A DNA stretch of 64,000 bases from Trichosphaerium sp. ATCC 40318 (Eukaryota > Protista > Tubulinea), in the NCBI GenBank assembly GCA_038496445.1, contig JALMLS010000017.1:186001-250000 (forward strand), written 5' to 3'. Positions 51,806-64,000 of this stretch are shown piece by piece. Both the position numbers and the translations under genes were made by a program. Position 1 is the first letter of the stretch; each line of letters opens with the position of its first letter. The notes below the pieces were generated by a model that was not told the DNA's origin, did no database searches, and saw only the letters and a list, made by a program, of their open reading frames with translations.

Positions 51806-54359
51806 ATGCAACAAACGTTTCTGATCGCTTATACGTTGATATTACTTATCAGTGGCGCAAACAGCGTAACAAGCACGTGATATTATCCACAAAAGCATGG
51901 ATTTAGCCCAAAATCGACTGACAATTGTTGCTTTAGTTACTACAAACTTAAACGGGCCTTGCGGGAATGATATTACTTGCTATATAGAGGGAGAAACAAA
52001 CATCACTGAAATTGTATTGGGACCTTTTAATCATACCGCACAGTCCCTTACAAGGTACTCTATGACAGACAACATTGTCATACGATCAGGTAGAATTAAA
52101 CAAGATAAAAAAAAAAAAGGCAAGAGCCGCTCTTACGCCTTTTTCGTAGATTCTCCACAAAGTATCACGTGCGCGGACATTACTTATAGTATAGAGTTTA
52201 CAGCAAACGCTTATGAAATGACATTTACCAATATACTTTTCGAACGTTGTAGATTGACCATAGCCAACGTAGGCGATGTTAATATTCAGTGCGTGTTTTC
52301 AGACAAAACGAAAAAAGAAAACCTTTTTATGGATTTTATCCATGATTTTTTTTTTTAACGCTAGTAACTAGAAATTGCTCATTTACTGGCGCGCCGAATG
52401 GTCAACGGCCTGCTCTTAGTATTTCTATTGGGTACGAATTTTTATTACTGTACTTGCACGTGATATTGATAATCTTGTTGTACTACAGAAAAGTTATCAG
52501 CATAGACAATACTGTATTTGTAGATAATCAACTTGTTTCGGCCTTTGTCTCAACAGGATCAGCATTCAGGGCAACAACAATCAACACTATAATAATGACG
52601 GATACACAATTTCGAAACAATTGTATACTAAAACCAAGAAACGAAGCTCAAGGTGGTGCTGTACACATCAATGGAGCCACAAGGGTACCCAACAAAAAAA
52701 AACAGACGCAGCTAATTTTCTTTGAAGCTTGTGATTGACAGATGCCTTTTCGTTGATGATAAGATCGATTCAGGTATTACAATTCACCATCTCAAAGTTT
52801 AATAATTCCTCTTTATTACATAGACAGTATTGCGGATATTCGAGGCGGAGCAATATTTATAGTAGCATCAGAAACAACGATCAGAAATTCAGTTTTCAGA
52901 GAAAACACTGCCGTAGCAACGAATGATGGAAAGAGAATAGGTGGAAAAGGTAATATTATTGTTTGAATTAGGTTATCTGATATTGTCCAAGGATGTGCTG
53001 TATACGTGGAACAGTTATCGACTTATGAAAGTGTAGTATTTTCAAATAACTGCCCAGGTACTTCAAAATTCTACCGCTCTTTACAGTTTCTAAGGAAGCT
53101 TTTTAAATGAATGCCCAGGTCAGTATGATGAGCGAGCTGAAGGAACTGCTATTTATAGTGCGCATAGAGTAGTATTGAGGTATTCTGTACCCTTTTTTCA
53201 TTCGCCAAAGTTTGATTTGTAACTGATTTGTATTAGAAACACAGCATTGAAAGAGTGTATGTAGTATATTGGCAGCTTGGTTTTAAATAATTTTTGTATA
53301 GCAACAAATGGCCCAGATGTTTTCTGCCTTGGAGACAAGTCCGATTTAAAACTGGAAGGAACAGTATTGTATTGTGATGGTGTACCAATTAATACAAACT
53401 GCCCAATCATTGGTAACCATCCAAATACTTACTACACCATTACTCACTCTTTTGTCATCAAGGGGACACTTCTAAGTGTGATTGTAACAATACTCTTTGC
53501 TGCACAAGTACAAAGCTCTTTTAATGAAATTTTTTTGTACTAACAACGACCTGTAGTCCCGAAAGATACACCCTTCGACCCTAAATATTCGACTTGCCCA
53601 GATGTGGTATTAAGTCATGCTCCAATACGCCAAGTTGCACGTGCGTTAATATTGACGTCAACGGGTTATATAACTATGACAACAAAAAAAACTGTTCCTT
53701 TTTGGAAGTAATGTTTTCTTTTCCTAGGCGTATGTACCAACTGTTCGTGTTTGGTGTGTCCTGCAGATATACTACTTAATAACACATCGAATCGTATTGA
53801 CGTTGTAATGAATGATGGATCATGGGTGAAAAAGGATACAGTAGCTATAATTACAAAAGACGTGGACAACCCAGAGTATTACTTTGAGGGATGCTTCACA
53901 AATCTTACAACTGGTACTTTTCATGTTGACGTCCAACAAGTCAATCCGAATATACACGACAGCCTACCACAAATTCTTTTATTGTGTGAAAACCCCCAAG
54001 TCCAACTCGAGAACAGTCACAGATGCCACACAAGTACTAGTCAAATTTCAGAAAAAGTGTACGTCAGTAAAAAAAAAACAAAGACACAAGTTTTTCTTAA
54101 TCTTGTCTAGGTTAATTGTCAAGTTTGATGAAAATGGAAAATGCAATACCAACAACTTCCCACTTGCTATCATAATTACCATGGTTGCATTAATAGTACG
54201 ATACTCTATCTTTATTGGGTGTTTTAACACGTGTTTCATGTACTAATAATCAACCAGGTCCTCGCAGCTGTATTGGCTGGAATAGCTTGTGCAGTACCAA
54301 AGATTCGTAGCTCAATAAGTGCAAACGAAGAAGTGACCCAATCAGATCACTCAGAATAA
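51806..54359 (+). CDS. Cell-surface protein with beta-helix (GGA[V/I]/FxxN, Pmp-like) repeats, Cys-rich linker and C-terminal TM
   Basis: Signal peptide MQQTFLIAYTLILLISGANS; FRNN..AQGGAVHI, GGAIF..FRENTA; TM FPLAIIITMVALI|VLAAVLAGIAC. Confidence 0.75.
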
Positions 54360-54659
54360 AATAAATACATTTAAAAACCAACCACGTCTACGCGCATTGA
54401 CAACTCTTTAACATGTACAACACCAAAGAATGACAAAATACTGTTGCTTAACTTACGATGTTAAGTCATCGAGCTCGGCCATTAGTATTTTCGCGATCGT
54501 TGTTTTTGAAAAAAATACCGTTTACCGGTAAGGATATGATCCAGCACGCGAAAATCCGCTATTAATGCTGTTTTTCGGTCGCCGCTACTTCGGAAAAAAA
54601 CAAAACAGCGAAAAATCGACCGGTTTTCCATAATCAGCAAACACCCCAAACACAACAAC

Positions 54660-55469
54660 ATGGCACAACAATTCGAAGGAAAACTATACCACAAAGCCTT
54701 TTGGAGCTCTAGCCGCCCAATGCAGGTACTTTGATTTTCCATTTTTCGTTCGCTTTACCTACGCGTAAACGCGTTTTCTACGCGTAGAGCAACCCAATAC
54801 TTACTTCTTTGACAGATAATCAACGAACTCTCACTACCAATCGAAATCGTACCAGTAGATAAACCAGAGTACTTTAAATCGGAAGAGTACCTCAAACTCA
54901 ACCCTAATGGCACCTGCCCTCTTTTCATATCTGCTGAGGTTACTTTGACGGAATCAACCGCAATATGCTTGTACCTACTAGACAAGTACGACAAAGGTAC
55001 TGACTAACATATCTTAATGTCTGCTTTCTAAAGTACCTTCTAGAGTTCAAGCTACAGCCTAAATACACAGATGTCGTTGCTAGAGCATCATTCTACCAAT
55101 GGGTAGCCTATGGACCTGCCACAATGTATCACATTTCAACACCTATTTTCGAACAGAAGGAATCAAAGGAGCCAAACCAAGCTATTGTTGAGAAGTATTC
55201 AAAGAAATGGACAACTACCTGTGGTCCAGTACTAGAGAAAGCTTTGGCCGGGAAGCAATACTTGCTAGGCGAATTCTCCGCTGCAGACATGGTCGTTGGG
55301 TATGCACTATTCACTACAAATCGAAAATTTCGTGCTTACCTCAGTTAGATTTGACGTATTTGCTGCGTTCTTCATTGAGATAATTGATCCAAAGGTACTC
55401 CCTAATGTACATGCATACATGCTTCGTCTAATGGAACGTGATTCATTCAAAAAGACGTACCCAATGTAA
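54660..55469 (+). CDS. Glutathione S-transferase
   Basis: LYH..WSSSRP, EYLKLNPNGTCP, LTESTAICLYLLDKY, YLLGEFSAADM, PNVHAYMLRLMERDSF. Confidence 0.93.
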
Positions 55470-55651
55470 AAAAAGAAACCAATCTTGAGATGTTTTTCGA
55501 AGAAAATAAAATAAAATCCAACTCTACAAAAAAAAGCATTCTAAGGTAGCACTTTATTTAAATTTACATGCAATCCGTGCAATCAATTGCGTAATAAAAA
55601 AATACAAGAAATCAACAAAACGATGTTTGTTTTGGGGGGTTTAGAGACTCA

Positions 55652-58600
55652 CTACTTCTTGTATGAACTGTTTTGAAAAAATGAAGTTAGAGATAGTTGT
55701 TTCAAAATTCCAGAGGTGACATTCGCAAGTAACTTATGTCTCTTTTTTGGTGGTACTGCGTCATCTTGGCGCTTGCGCTTTTTAGCGGCTTGAACCTCTG
55801 GGGATCTTATAGGAGCTTGAACGTCTGGGGATCTTATAGGAGCGGCCAACAACGGAGGAGCAGCATCTGGGAGTATTTCATCGTCAATATCGGTTGAAGC
55901 ACCTGTCTCAGATACCGGCGAAGGAACAGGCGTGGTAATGGGTACAACACCTTCTTCTGGAGGTATTGCCGCTACATGGAAGTTAATAAACCAAAAAATT
56001 GCTAAGAATTAAGACGTACCTGCTCCAACAGGTAGTAATGCAGGCTTTGAGCTCTCTGGCATGTACAATCGCACGCGTTTCAGGTTAGGCATGTGAAAGA
56101 AGAAAAGCTTAACACGTTTAAGGTTAGGCATTGTGATAAGAGGCTGCGGCTTCCACCGTGGCGACTGCAGCTTTCTTTGTATTCTACAAAAGTTTATTAA
56201 CTTGGTTGAACTGAAACAGCTCTTAAACGCGTACCGTGACCTAGACTTCTTTGCTGTTCGAGATGAAGTAATAGGGATACTACTCCGTCTACGCCTCTTT
56301 TTTCTAAACCTTCCTTCATCAATCCATCTCTGAATATCGTACAAAGGCGCCTGCGGTTTGATTAGTTACAGTAAGTGCAGAAGTCAAACGGTTTTTTCTC
56401 AAGAATTAAAAAAGTCTTCGAACCTGGAATATTTGTTGCATGTTGGAATACACCTTTGCCTTCCACTTCTCGCGCTTACAAACCAAATCAAGGATTATTC
56501 TCGCTTGCTCCAACTCAGCACGTAAACGTCGCATAGCGTCAGCTTTTTGGTCTCCTGCTAACCGCAATAGTTGTGTAGAATGCTAGAAAAGTCAGAAGCC
56601 TATTATCACAAAACCCGGATGACAAATAACAAGCATACCTTAGGGCCTTGGCGTGGTTTTTTTGCGAATTCTTCTTGCGCTAGTAGCACTTCCAGACTCC
56701 GCAAAAGAGGTTTCTTCCCCTCGTTTTTTTTCCACCTCCTCTCTTTCCAATAGTCCACCACAGCTTTAAAATCCTGTGGACTGACTTCCTTGCTCATACG
56801 CGCGGCAATAAATTCTCGCGTAGCGGCACTGATAAACTTTCCCAAAACCACCTCACCCACTTCATTTTTCTTTTTGTGAACTAATTCATTCCGCTTTATC
56901 TAATGGGATAAAAAAAATAAGCGCCAAACCCCACAAAAACAAAAAAAAAATAAGAATTAAACAAAACTACAACATACCGTAGAATGGTAGTTACAGAATG
57001 TACAAGCTTCACCAGTTGCTTTTTTGGAGAGTAAAGGACTTTCAACATAATGACCATGAACTTGAGCGCAAGTTATGTGATACGCCTAGGAAACATCGTA
57101 AGTGACGTTCAAAACGATTTACAAAAAAAAAAAGAACAAGAGAAAAAAAAATCTCAAATAGGATTTCTTAGCACATACACCAAGACATCGACCATAAGAG
57201 CATTGAATACATCCACCACCTACACCACATATCTCACAAATAAGTCTCGACCTTGATTTATTCAATCGCGAGGTGTCTATCAGGCGCTCTTCCGTTTTGA
57301 GGTTTATCTCCGGAATGTAACGGGCACATTGAATATGCATCCACTTTCCACATGTAGTTCGTTGAACAGCACCACCTGGCTGAGGACACAGCTATTTAAT
57401 CATTAGTAATAAAGAATGTCAAGTATACTCCTAACCATGCATTTGAAAGCTTTACGGATCTTTGCAACGTCAAACTTATCGTTGCTTACTTTCACTTCCT
57501 ACGGAACAAAGAGAGTGAATACAAATTTGTTGGGTATCCTTGCAAACCTTTCTATAATTTTCTCCAGGATCAACAGTTTCAGTGCTTTGTTCATCTTCTG
57601 TACCAAACAGTGTTTGAAGTTGAGTTGCAGATAACCCTGTAAAACAATCTTTAATCACAACGTACTTTTATCAAAATATACATACCTCGTTCCTTAGCTA
57701 ATACATCACACCGATCACATAGCCAATCATCACTTGGTATTGTTTCGAGACCAACACAAACTAATTGAAAACTCGTCAAAAAAAAAAAAATAGCCGGCTT
57801 GCTTTTCAAAAAAAATGCTTACGCTGATGAGCAGCTAAATCACATCCATCACAAAACAATATCAGATTGTCTTCATATTGCTCACCATCATTACAAATCT
57901 GTACAACAACTTTAGAGAAGGAAAGAAAAAAAATAAAAAAAAGACAACAAAAATGTCAAATTAGCCTTTTTGCGTACTGTGCACGGTACATCGTCATCTT
58001 CAGGTGCAGGTTTATCGCTTTTTGTTGGTGATCCCTTACGAATATGGCGTTGGGCAAATTCGCGCTGTTTGAGGAGGTTTGTTAAACAAAGTTTTCACAT
58101 AATCGTGGAAAGGTTCAATAAAACGTTCATGTTGCTTACGTGTAAGAATGAAGTGTGCTCAAAGTAATCGAAACAAGTTTCTACCAAATCTTCATCAATA
58201 GTTGTTGTCTCATTTTTCTTTTTGTAGTCTGAGTGTATATTAGGTATTTGAGGTTTGTAATAGACGTAATAAACGGCAAAAGGATTTTTTTTTTAAACCA
58301 ATTCAGGAACGTATTTTTCTGGAATAGTTGAAAGGTGACTGTACCTTCTATCCAACGTTCGTCTTGCGTATTAACGTGGTACTCGACCATCCCATTCCAC
58401 TTTCCCATTAATGCGGGTTTATGAGTAACGTACTCGCTGGGCATTTCCCACGTATCAGAGGAATACACGGAACTGTAATCAGCAACTTCTCGCACACCTG
58501 GAATAAAAATGCAGTCTGTTGCTTGTTTCGGCTTTGTCTTCACATTCTCTGTCTTTTGAACGCTATCTGTGTCCTAAATCAGAAGTAAATAGCATAAAGT

Positions 58601-58719
58601 ATGGGTGGGATTACATTTGTTTCAAGCCATTTTATTTGTAGCGGTAAATCTATGTTAATCGGTCTCTCTCGTATATTTCTTTCCACAGGGCTTCGAAGCC
58701 GCGTTGCTTTTTTTTTCAT
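55652..58719 (-). CDS. BRPF/Nto1/JADE-like chromatin scaffold (EPL1-like N-terminus, PHD, extended PHD)
   Basis: RERPINIDLPL; VEYHVNTQDERW; C.IC.DG....DNLILFCDGCDLAAHQ.CVGLETIPSDDWLCDRC; LCPQPGGAV.RTTCGKWMHIQCARYIPE; CEICGVGGGCIQCSYGRC..YHITCA; VVDYWKERRWKKNEGKKPLL. Confidence 0.9.
55790..55845 (-). repeat. 27-bp coding tandem repeat (APIRSPDVQ / APIRSPEVQ)
   Basis: TGAAC[C/G]TCTGGGGATCTTATAGGAGC repeated twice. A second internal duplication (MPNLKRV x2) lies at ~56070-56132. Confidence 0.8.
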
Positions 58720-59228
58720 CTGAAGCGAGTTTATGTTTTTACCCTCTTTTTTTGAACTTCAGCCCACCAAAATTGCTGCTTGACAGCCCTGTTAAAAGTT
58801 TGCAACGGTTACAAGATAAAACAATTCAATGCAACTTTTAATCGTTTGCAAGTCGCACCAACCGATTAAACAAGCACTTGGCTGCACAAAAACGAGTTTC
58901 GCGGTTAATTTTCTAACAACGCTTTACTACAGTTGACTAAAGGGCATTCAAAGCCCGCGCATATTATTGAAAACTGCATGTCGCTGTACTACATGGCACA
59001 TATCACTAAAACCACAAGTCCGGCGCTAATAATGGCGTTTGAGAACGCTTTCACCACGCTACAGAGTTAAATTGTGAATTATAGTGAGTGACGTTAGCGT
59101 CTTTAACGCCGTACGAGCAAAAAATGCAAACAAACATGAGTTTGCCATGTGCACGGCGATTGATGCTTATATCTCGCTGAGATTTGTACCACTTAACACA
59201 TTGTACCATAACTATACACGACAAACAA

Positions 59229-62200
59229 ATGCAGCGCGTCTTGTTATTCATAGCCTTGGTAGCGTTGGCATTTGCCCAACGCCCTTTTAATGTTATTGAT
59301 ACCTATGAAGTGGCCAGTCGAGTAATAGTAACACCTGACGACAGAGAAAGCAACGTAACGCACCAATCCGACTCTTTTATTGGCGGCGAGAGGTTCACAC
59401 AGGCTACCTTTGTATCCGGTAATGAGCTTCAAATGCGCTGCGCTGTCACTCCTTCGCAGGACCCTATGACTATTGGCAATGTTTTTTCCATGTCCAGTGA
59501 TACTGGATTCATTGGAAGTTGCAGTCTTTTATATTCTGCTGTAGGAGGAGGTCCTTTTGACCCTCCAGAGGATTTTGTACAGTTTGGTGGAGGTATGTTT
59601 GTGTTTTATTTATTTTTTTCTTCTTTGTCGCCTGCACTAAAGCGATTTAATCACGTGCGAAAAAATCCTTTCTGGTTAAAAAAAATCGCCAAACGGAGGC
59701 TTCACAGTTATTAAAATCTGGAAGGAGATATTCTTTTTTTTTTTTTTTTTGAGTGGGTAACAAAAAAATCTCCACAAAAAAGAAGCGCTTTAATCATATT
59801 TTAACCACACTTTTTTTTAGATTGCTGGCTGATTGTTGTTGGTGAAGCTGATAATGAGAATACTATCTTTATCACCACAAGGACTCCTGCCGGTATTAGA
59901 TCAGTACAAACCTCAGAGGCAAGGAACATCCAACGCGGAGAAGAACGCTTTTGTTTACCTGCTGCCGGTGACCTTGAGGAGTACCGGAATGTCACTTCAT
60001 TTGAGCTTAGTGCTCGTGGTACTGGTATTGGTAACTCTGTAGATCTTCGAATCAATTTGGTTTGCTTTGCTAGTCGCGTGTCGTGTTGGCATGAGTTTTC
60101 TTTCCCTGGTATTAATGATCCTCCTCAGACAGGTATAAATTTGTTTGTGTACTATAAAGTTAACACTAGATTCAGGTGATGACGTAATGGTCACTCTCAT
60201 TTGTGTTAATTTAGCTTCAAATGCTACCACTTATGATATCGATTTCCCATTCCCTTCTGCTAGTGGCAATATTACATCAGGCTCATGTTCCGGTGGCGTA
60301 CGAACATTCCCCCCGTTTAAAGCTTTGACACTAACAATACTAGAATGCTGCTTCAATTGTCGACAACGCTTTAGTTGCAACCGATATTACACTTGCTCCG
60401 GATGGTATGATAACGTGTGAATTTGATGTCGTTCTCACAGGTAACCCATGTCGTTGACGAACTTGAGCTTAAAAAGACAATAGGAGAGGGCAACACCGGA
60501 CCAATCCAAGCAAACATCTTTAACCAAGATTCCACTGCTACATCTAGATCACATGGAATGGGACAAAGGTACCATTTAATACCTGTAGAAATGTTCAATC
60601 TCTAAACAATGTTTTTAGAGAAGGGGTACAACTCTGTGAGGACGGAGTACCATCCAACTTTACAATCGACCCAGCATTCTGTCCACCTTTCGCATTTGAT
60701 CCACTCGTCACAGCCAACTACAGGTTGTTGAACTCCCCTGATGGTGTAGAAAGTCCTCCTCCATATTGTCTCCGTCTTGACCATATCTTGCATGACGGTG
60801 CTGTTACACCACCAGGCGTACGTTAACGCGAACAACCAGTTAAACAAAAATCGTCTAACAAGAAAAAAACATAGGCTGTCCTCTTTGATTGTACTACCGG
60901 AACTGGCCTCGTTGTAGGTATCAGTGGTATGGACAATGCTGTACGCATCTCCGGATCTGTAATGGGTGGCGAGAAAGATCCTGATACAGGTGTTATCGTA
61001 AATCCATCTCTTCTCACTGTAGACATTGTCTTCAGGTACAACTCAAACACAATGGTTTATTCTTCATCATTATTAACAACCGTTTGTTTAGAGATTTTGT
61101 CCCTTCTAATGGTGGCATAGCTACTAATGATAGTCAAGCTATTGGTACTATTATGTTCCGTGGCGAAACATGGTTTATCAGAGGAAAGAGTGGCCCACCA
61201 GTACTTTACATCAGACCTCGTGGAGCTGGTGGTTCAGATATCACATTAGCGTAAGAACCTATTTTTTCTATTGTTAGTTCCTTTACCGTTGTCTAACACG
61301 GCATTTTTCCTAGTGGTTGGCTTGAGTTCTCTCGTAATGATTTCGGTCCTTACACAGCTGTATCTGTCAACGATTTCCTTGGTCTTATTGGAGAGTGTAT
61401 TGATACACGCGTTGACATTCCAGATCGCGCACCTATTGCTGCACAACCTACAATGGCTGTACCTACAGGCCCACCTACAATTGCCCCAACGGCGACACCA
61501 ACAACACGTGCACCAGCACTCGTTGCTAGTTGTCCTATTCGCTCGTGCAGTGACTGCAGTTGTTCTATGTGCCCACAATGCGCAAATGCTGCTTGTTCAA
61601 GATGTGATTTCGATAGTCCTGCATGTGAAAGAATTCTTACTAACTCTGGTAAGCTTGACTTTGGTTTTCTTTTTTTTTTTTACGTTTACTCTACGATGTG
61701 ACTAATTCCTTCTTAAAGGTGATGTTCAAATTGGACCTTCAAGATGTATCATCGTTTCTATGAGCGCAGTTGTTGGAGGTACAATTTTTTGTTTTTGGTG
61801 AATTGACACTTTGTATTTGTATACTTACTTTGTATCCGATAGATATTACTGGTACAGATGGAGATGATTGTGTTAGAGTTGAAACTGGTGGTGTTGTTAG
61901 ATCCATTGATCTCGGTGATGGAGACGATTGTGTAGATGCTCCTAGCGCAATTGCAACTACCGGTGGTATCCGAACAGGTAAGTGGCTTCATACAAGTCAT
62001 AAATAAGTAAAAACGTATCGTTTGCTTATTGTTTTATCAAAAAAGGTGATGGTAATGATCACGTCCACCTCATCACCCCATTGGAAGTCGCTTCTGTCGA
62101 TACAGCTGAAGGAGACGATTGTGTAGAGATTGATATGAGTGGTGATAGTAATACTCAATTATTAACTGGAACTGGTGATGATTGTGTCCGTATGGTCGGT

Positions 62201-62906
62201 GGTGAATTTGGTGATATTAATACGTCATCCGGAGATGATTGTATCGGTATCATGACAACTTTGGTCACTGGATCTATTAATTGTACGTTAACAACGTCAA
62301 AAAAACCCTTAGCTTCTTATTTCATTCTGTGTTCCAACCAACACAAAGACTAGACTGTTTTCGTATTTTTTTCCTGAAAACTAACACTTTTTTTTTTTCA
62401 CAGCCGATGTCGGTTCAGATTGTCTTGTTTTGGGCGGTGGTAGAGCCGTTAATGTCGATACCGGTGATTCTGATACTGGTGATACTCTTTGTGCCTCCTT
62501 GGTAACTCTAAGTGGTACAATGTCGACTGGAAACACCAACGGAGAGAATTGCGTCATTCTCACAAATACAAACATGCAGTCATTCTCAGGTGGTGAAGGC
62601 GATGATGTTGTTATCATGACAAGAGCCAGTTCAGCTGTAGGCGATATCGATTTGAACGGAGGAAATGATTTCTTAGCCTTTAACGTCTCTTCACGCGCCA
62701 ACACGCTGTCTGGTGGTGATGGAGAAGATATTATCATCGCTACAGGCTCTATTTTCAATAGCGCTGTCGGAAATGACGGAAACGACTGCTTGGAAGCTAC
62801 ATCTAATACTGGACGTATCAGCGGAGGCACTGTTAACGTAAACGGTGGTGGTGATATTGATCTATGTGTTGCTGATTCCACTGCACGTCTTTTCGATTGC
62901 GAGTAA
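59229..62906 (+). CDS. Secreted multidomain protein with mucin-like PT linker, Cys-rich segment and RTX-like GDGDD calcium-binding repeats
   Basis: Signal MQRVLLFIALVALAFA; PTGPPTIAPTATPTT; C-rich CSDCSCSMCPQC; repeats TGTDGDDCV, LGDGDDCV, TAEGDDCV, TGTGDDCV, GGEGDDVV, LNGGNDFL, GGDGEDII, GNDGNDCL. Confidence 0.85.
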
Positions 62907-63593
62907 ACAAAGGATCGTTTACATATTTCAACAACCTATTATTACTCCTTAAAACCCTTCTTCTCATTTCACAACTCGAGAAAATCTGATAGATTGTATT
63001 TTTTGTCCTTTTTTGTCCTTGTTCATAAGACTTTTACTATTTGGACATAAAGCATTAAAAAAATACATTTAAAGAATAGTTTAATATCGTTTTCGTTTAC
63101 TTTGGCTGCTGAGCATTTGTATTTTTGGGAAAGCTTATCGTAATAACCCAACACCCGCACTAAATGTCTAAGCAAATGTAATTAAGAGTGTTGCAGTGCT
63201 TCTCGCTTGTCCTTTTCCTCTTGGAGCGCTGTTGGCCAAATAAGGTGAAAACAATTTCACAACTTACACAAGCAACTGTATCATAAGGTTTACGCGTGTT
63301 CTTAGTTTTCTACATTGTGCAAGTCACAAAATCTAAAAACCTTTCTTTAACTTGCTGTACAGCAAATTTCAACCATCAGATATGTACCAGCAGTACACAA
63401 GAATCACTATGGCACTGGAAATCTAAATACAACGCGTCAATCTAGAAAAAGCAATTTGGAAGTTCGTATTACGTTAAAATACATTTATTGTTATAGGTGT
63501 TACATGGTGTGTGATGTTCTAGCAATGGGTAGCGCTATAGTGGGTAAACCCAAATTGCGTGAACACGCCATTAATGTTCAAGATGAGCTTTTT

Positions 63594-63942
63594 TTACTTT
63601 CTCTTCTTAAACTCGGCTAGTTTGGTTTTAAGGATAGCCTCAACAGCTTCGAGTGCGTTATCGAATACTTTTGAGTCGAACTTTTTCGCGTCATACGCTA
63701 CTTGTAGGAACTGAACCTCTTCTGGTTCCAACGTAAGAGCACCGCTTCCGCAGTTGTTGAAGCCGAAATAGTGTTCGCACAATTTGGTAGCGACTTGCGT
63801 GGCGTCACCGCCTGATGCGTTCTTTTTGTAGCTTATGCTATCCTTGTAGAAGTGAAGGTTCTCTTCTGCGAAGTCCTTAGAGAGGAACTGTTCGAATTGG
63901 CTGTAAGCGTTCGAATCCGCGAGAAGAGATTGAAGATTAGCT
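63594..63942 (-). CDS. RGS-domain protein, last exon (5' part lies outside the window)
   Basis: LQSLLAD...FEQFLSKDFAEENLHFY...LCEHYF...VFDNA. Upstream ACTAAC branch point plus CCCAG acceptor; the nearby ATG is out of frame. Confidence 0.9.
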
Positions 63943-64000
63943 GGGAAGGCGCTGTTAGTAGCTTTTTTCTTTCCATGCAAACAACCACAAAATTTGACCC

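Noticed and set aside
63160-63570. Possible small spliced minus-strand gene
   Set aside because: Internal exons can be joined, but no in-frame start was found and the product has no recognisable features.
63905-63925. GTTCGAATCC, like a tRNA T-arm
   Set aside because: It lies within the RGS coding exon and no cloverleaf can be formed.

Overview
AT-rich, very gene-dense eukaryotic (protist) DNA with many short spliceosomal introns (about 35-70 nt, GTAxxx donors, frequent CTAAC branch points), so the six-frame ORF track fragments almost every gene. Gene content suggests an amoebozoan-like lineage (inference only). Manual splicing gives about 28 genes. These include an ELYS-like nucleoporin, F-box/Kelch, a GH55/pectate-lyase-3-like beta-helix enzyme, an MIT-AAA ATPase, Rab11, COX6A, a Dicer-like RNase III, a 2-TM ENaC-like protein, WDR62/MAPKBP1, an F-box-PUL fusion, a PFU-SHP-UBX protein, a CobW GTPase, a WW-myosin-MyTH4, a secreted pseudokinase, GST, a BRPF/Nto1-like PHD protein, an RTX-like secreted protein and an RGS protein. 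Three observations stand out. (1) A helicase-less Dicer-like protein keeps all four catalytic acids in RNase IIIa but has lost all four in RNase IIIb. (2) Three paralogs are built from a ~70-aa 'W..NQR..DWY..GG..YP..W.F' repeat; one ends in an intact Vsr/RAP-like nuclease and two, arranged head-to-head, lack it. (3) Ufd3/PLAA domains are redistributed onto two neighbouring p97-cofactor-like genes. All exon boundaries were inferred by eye and are approximate; no database searches were run.
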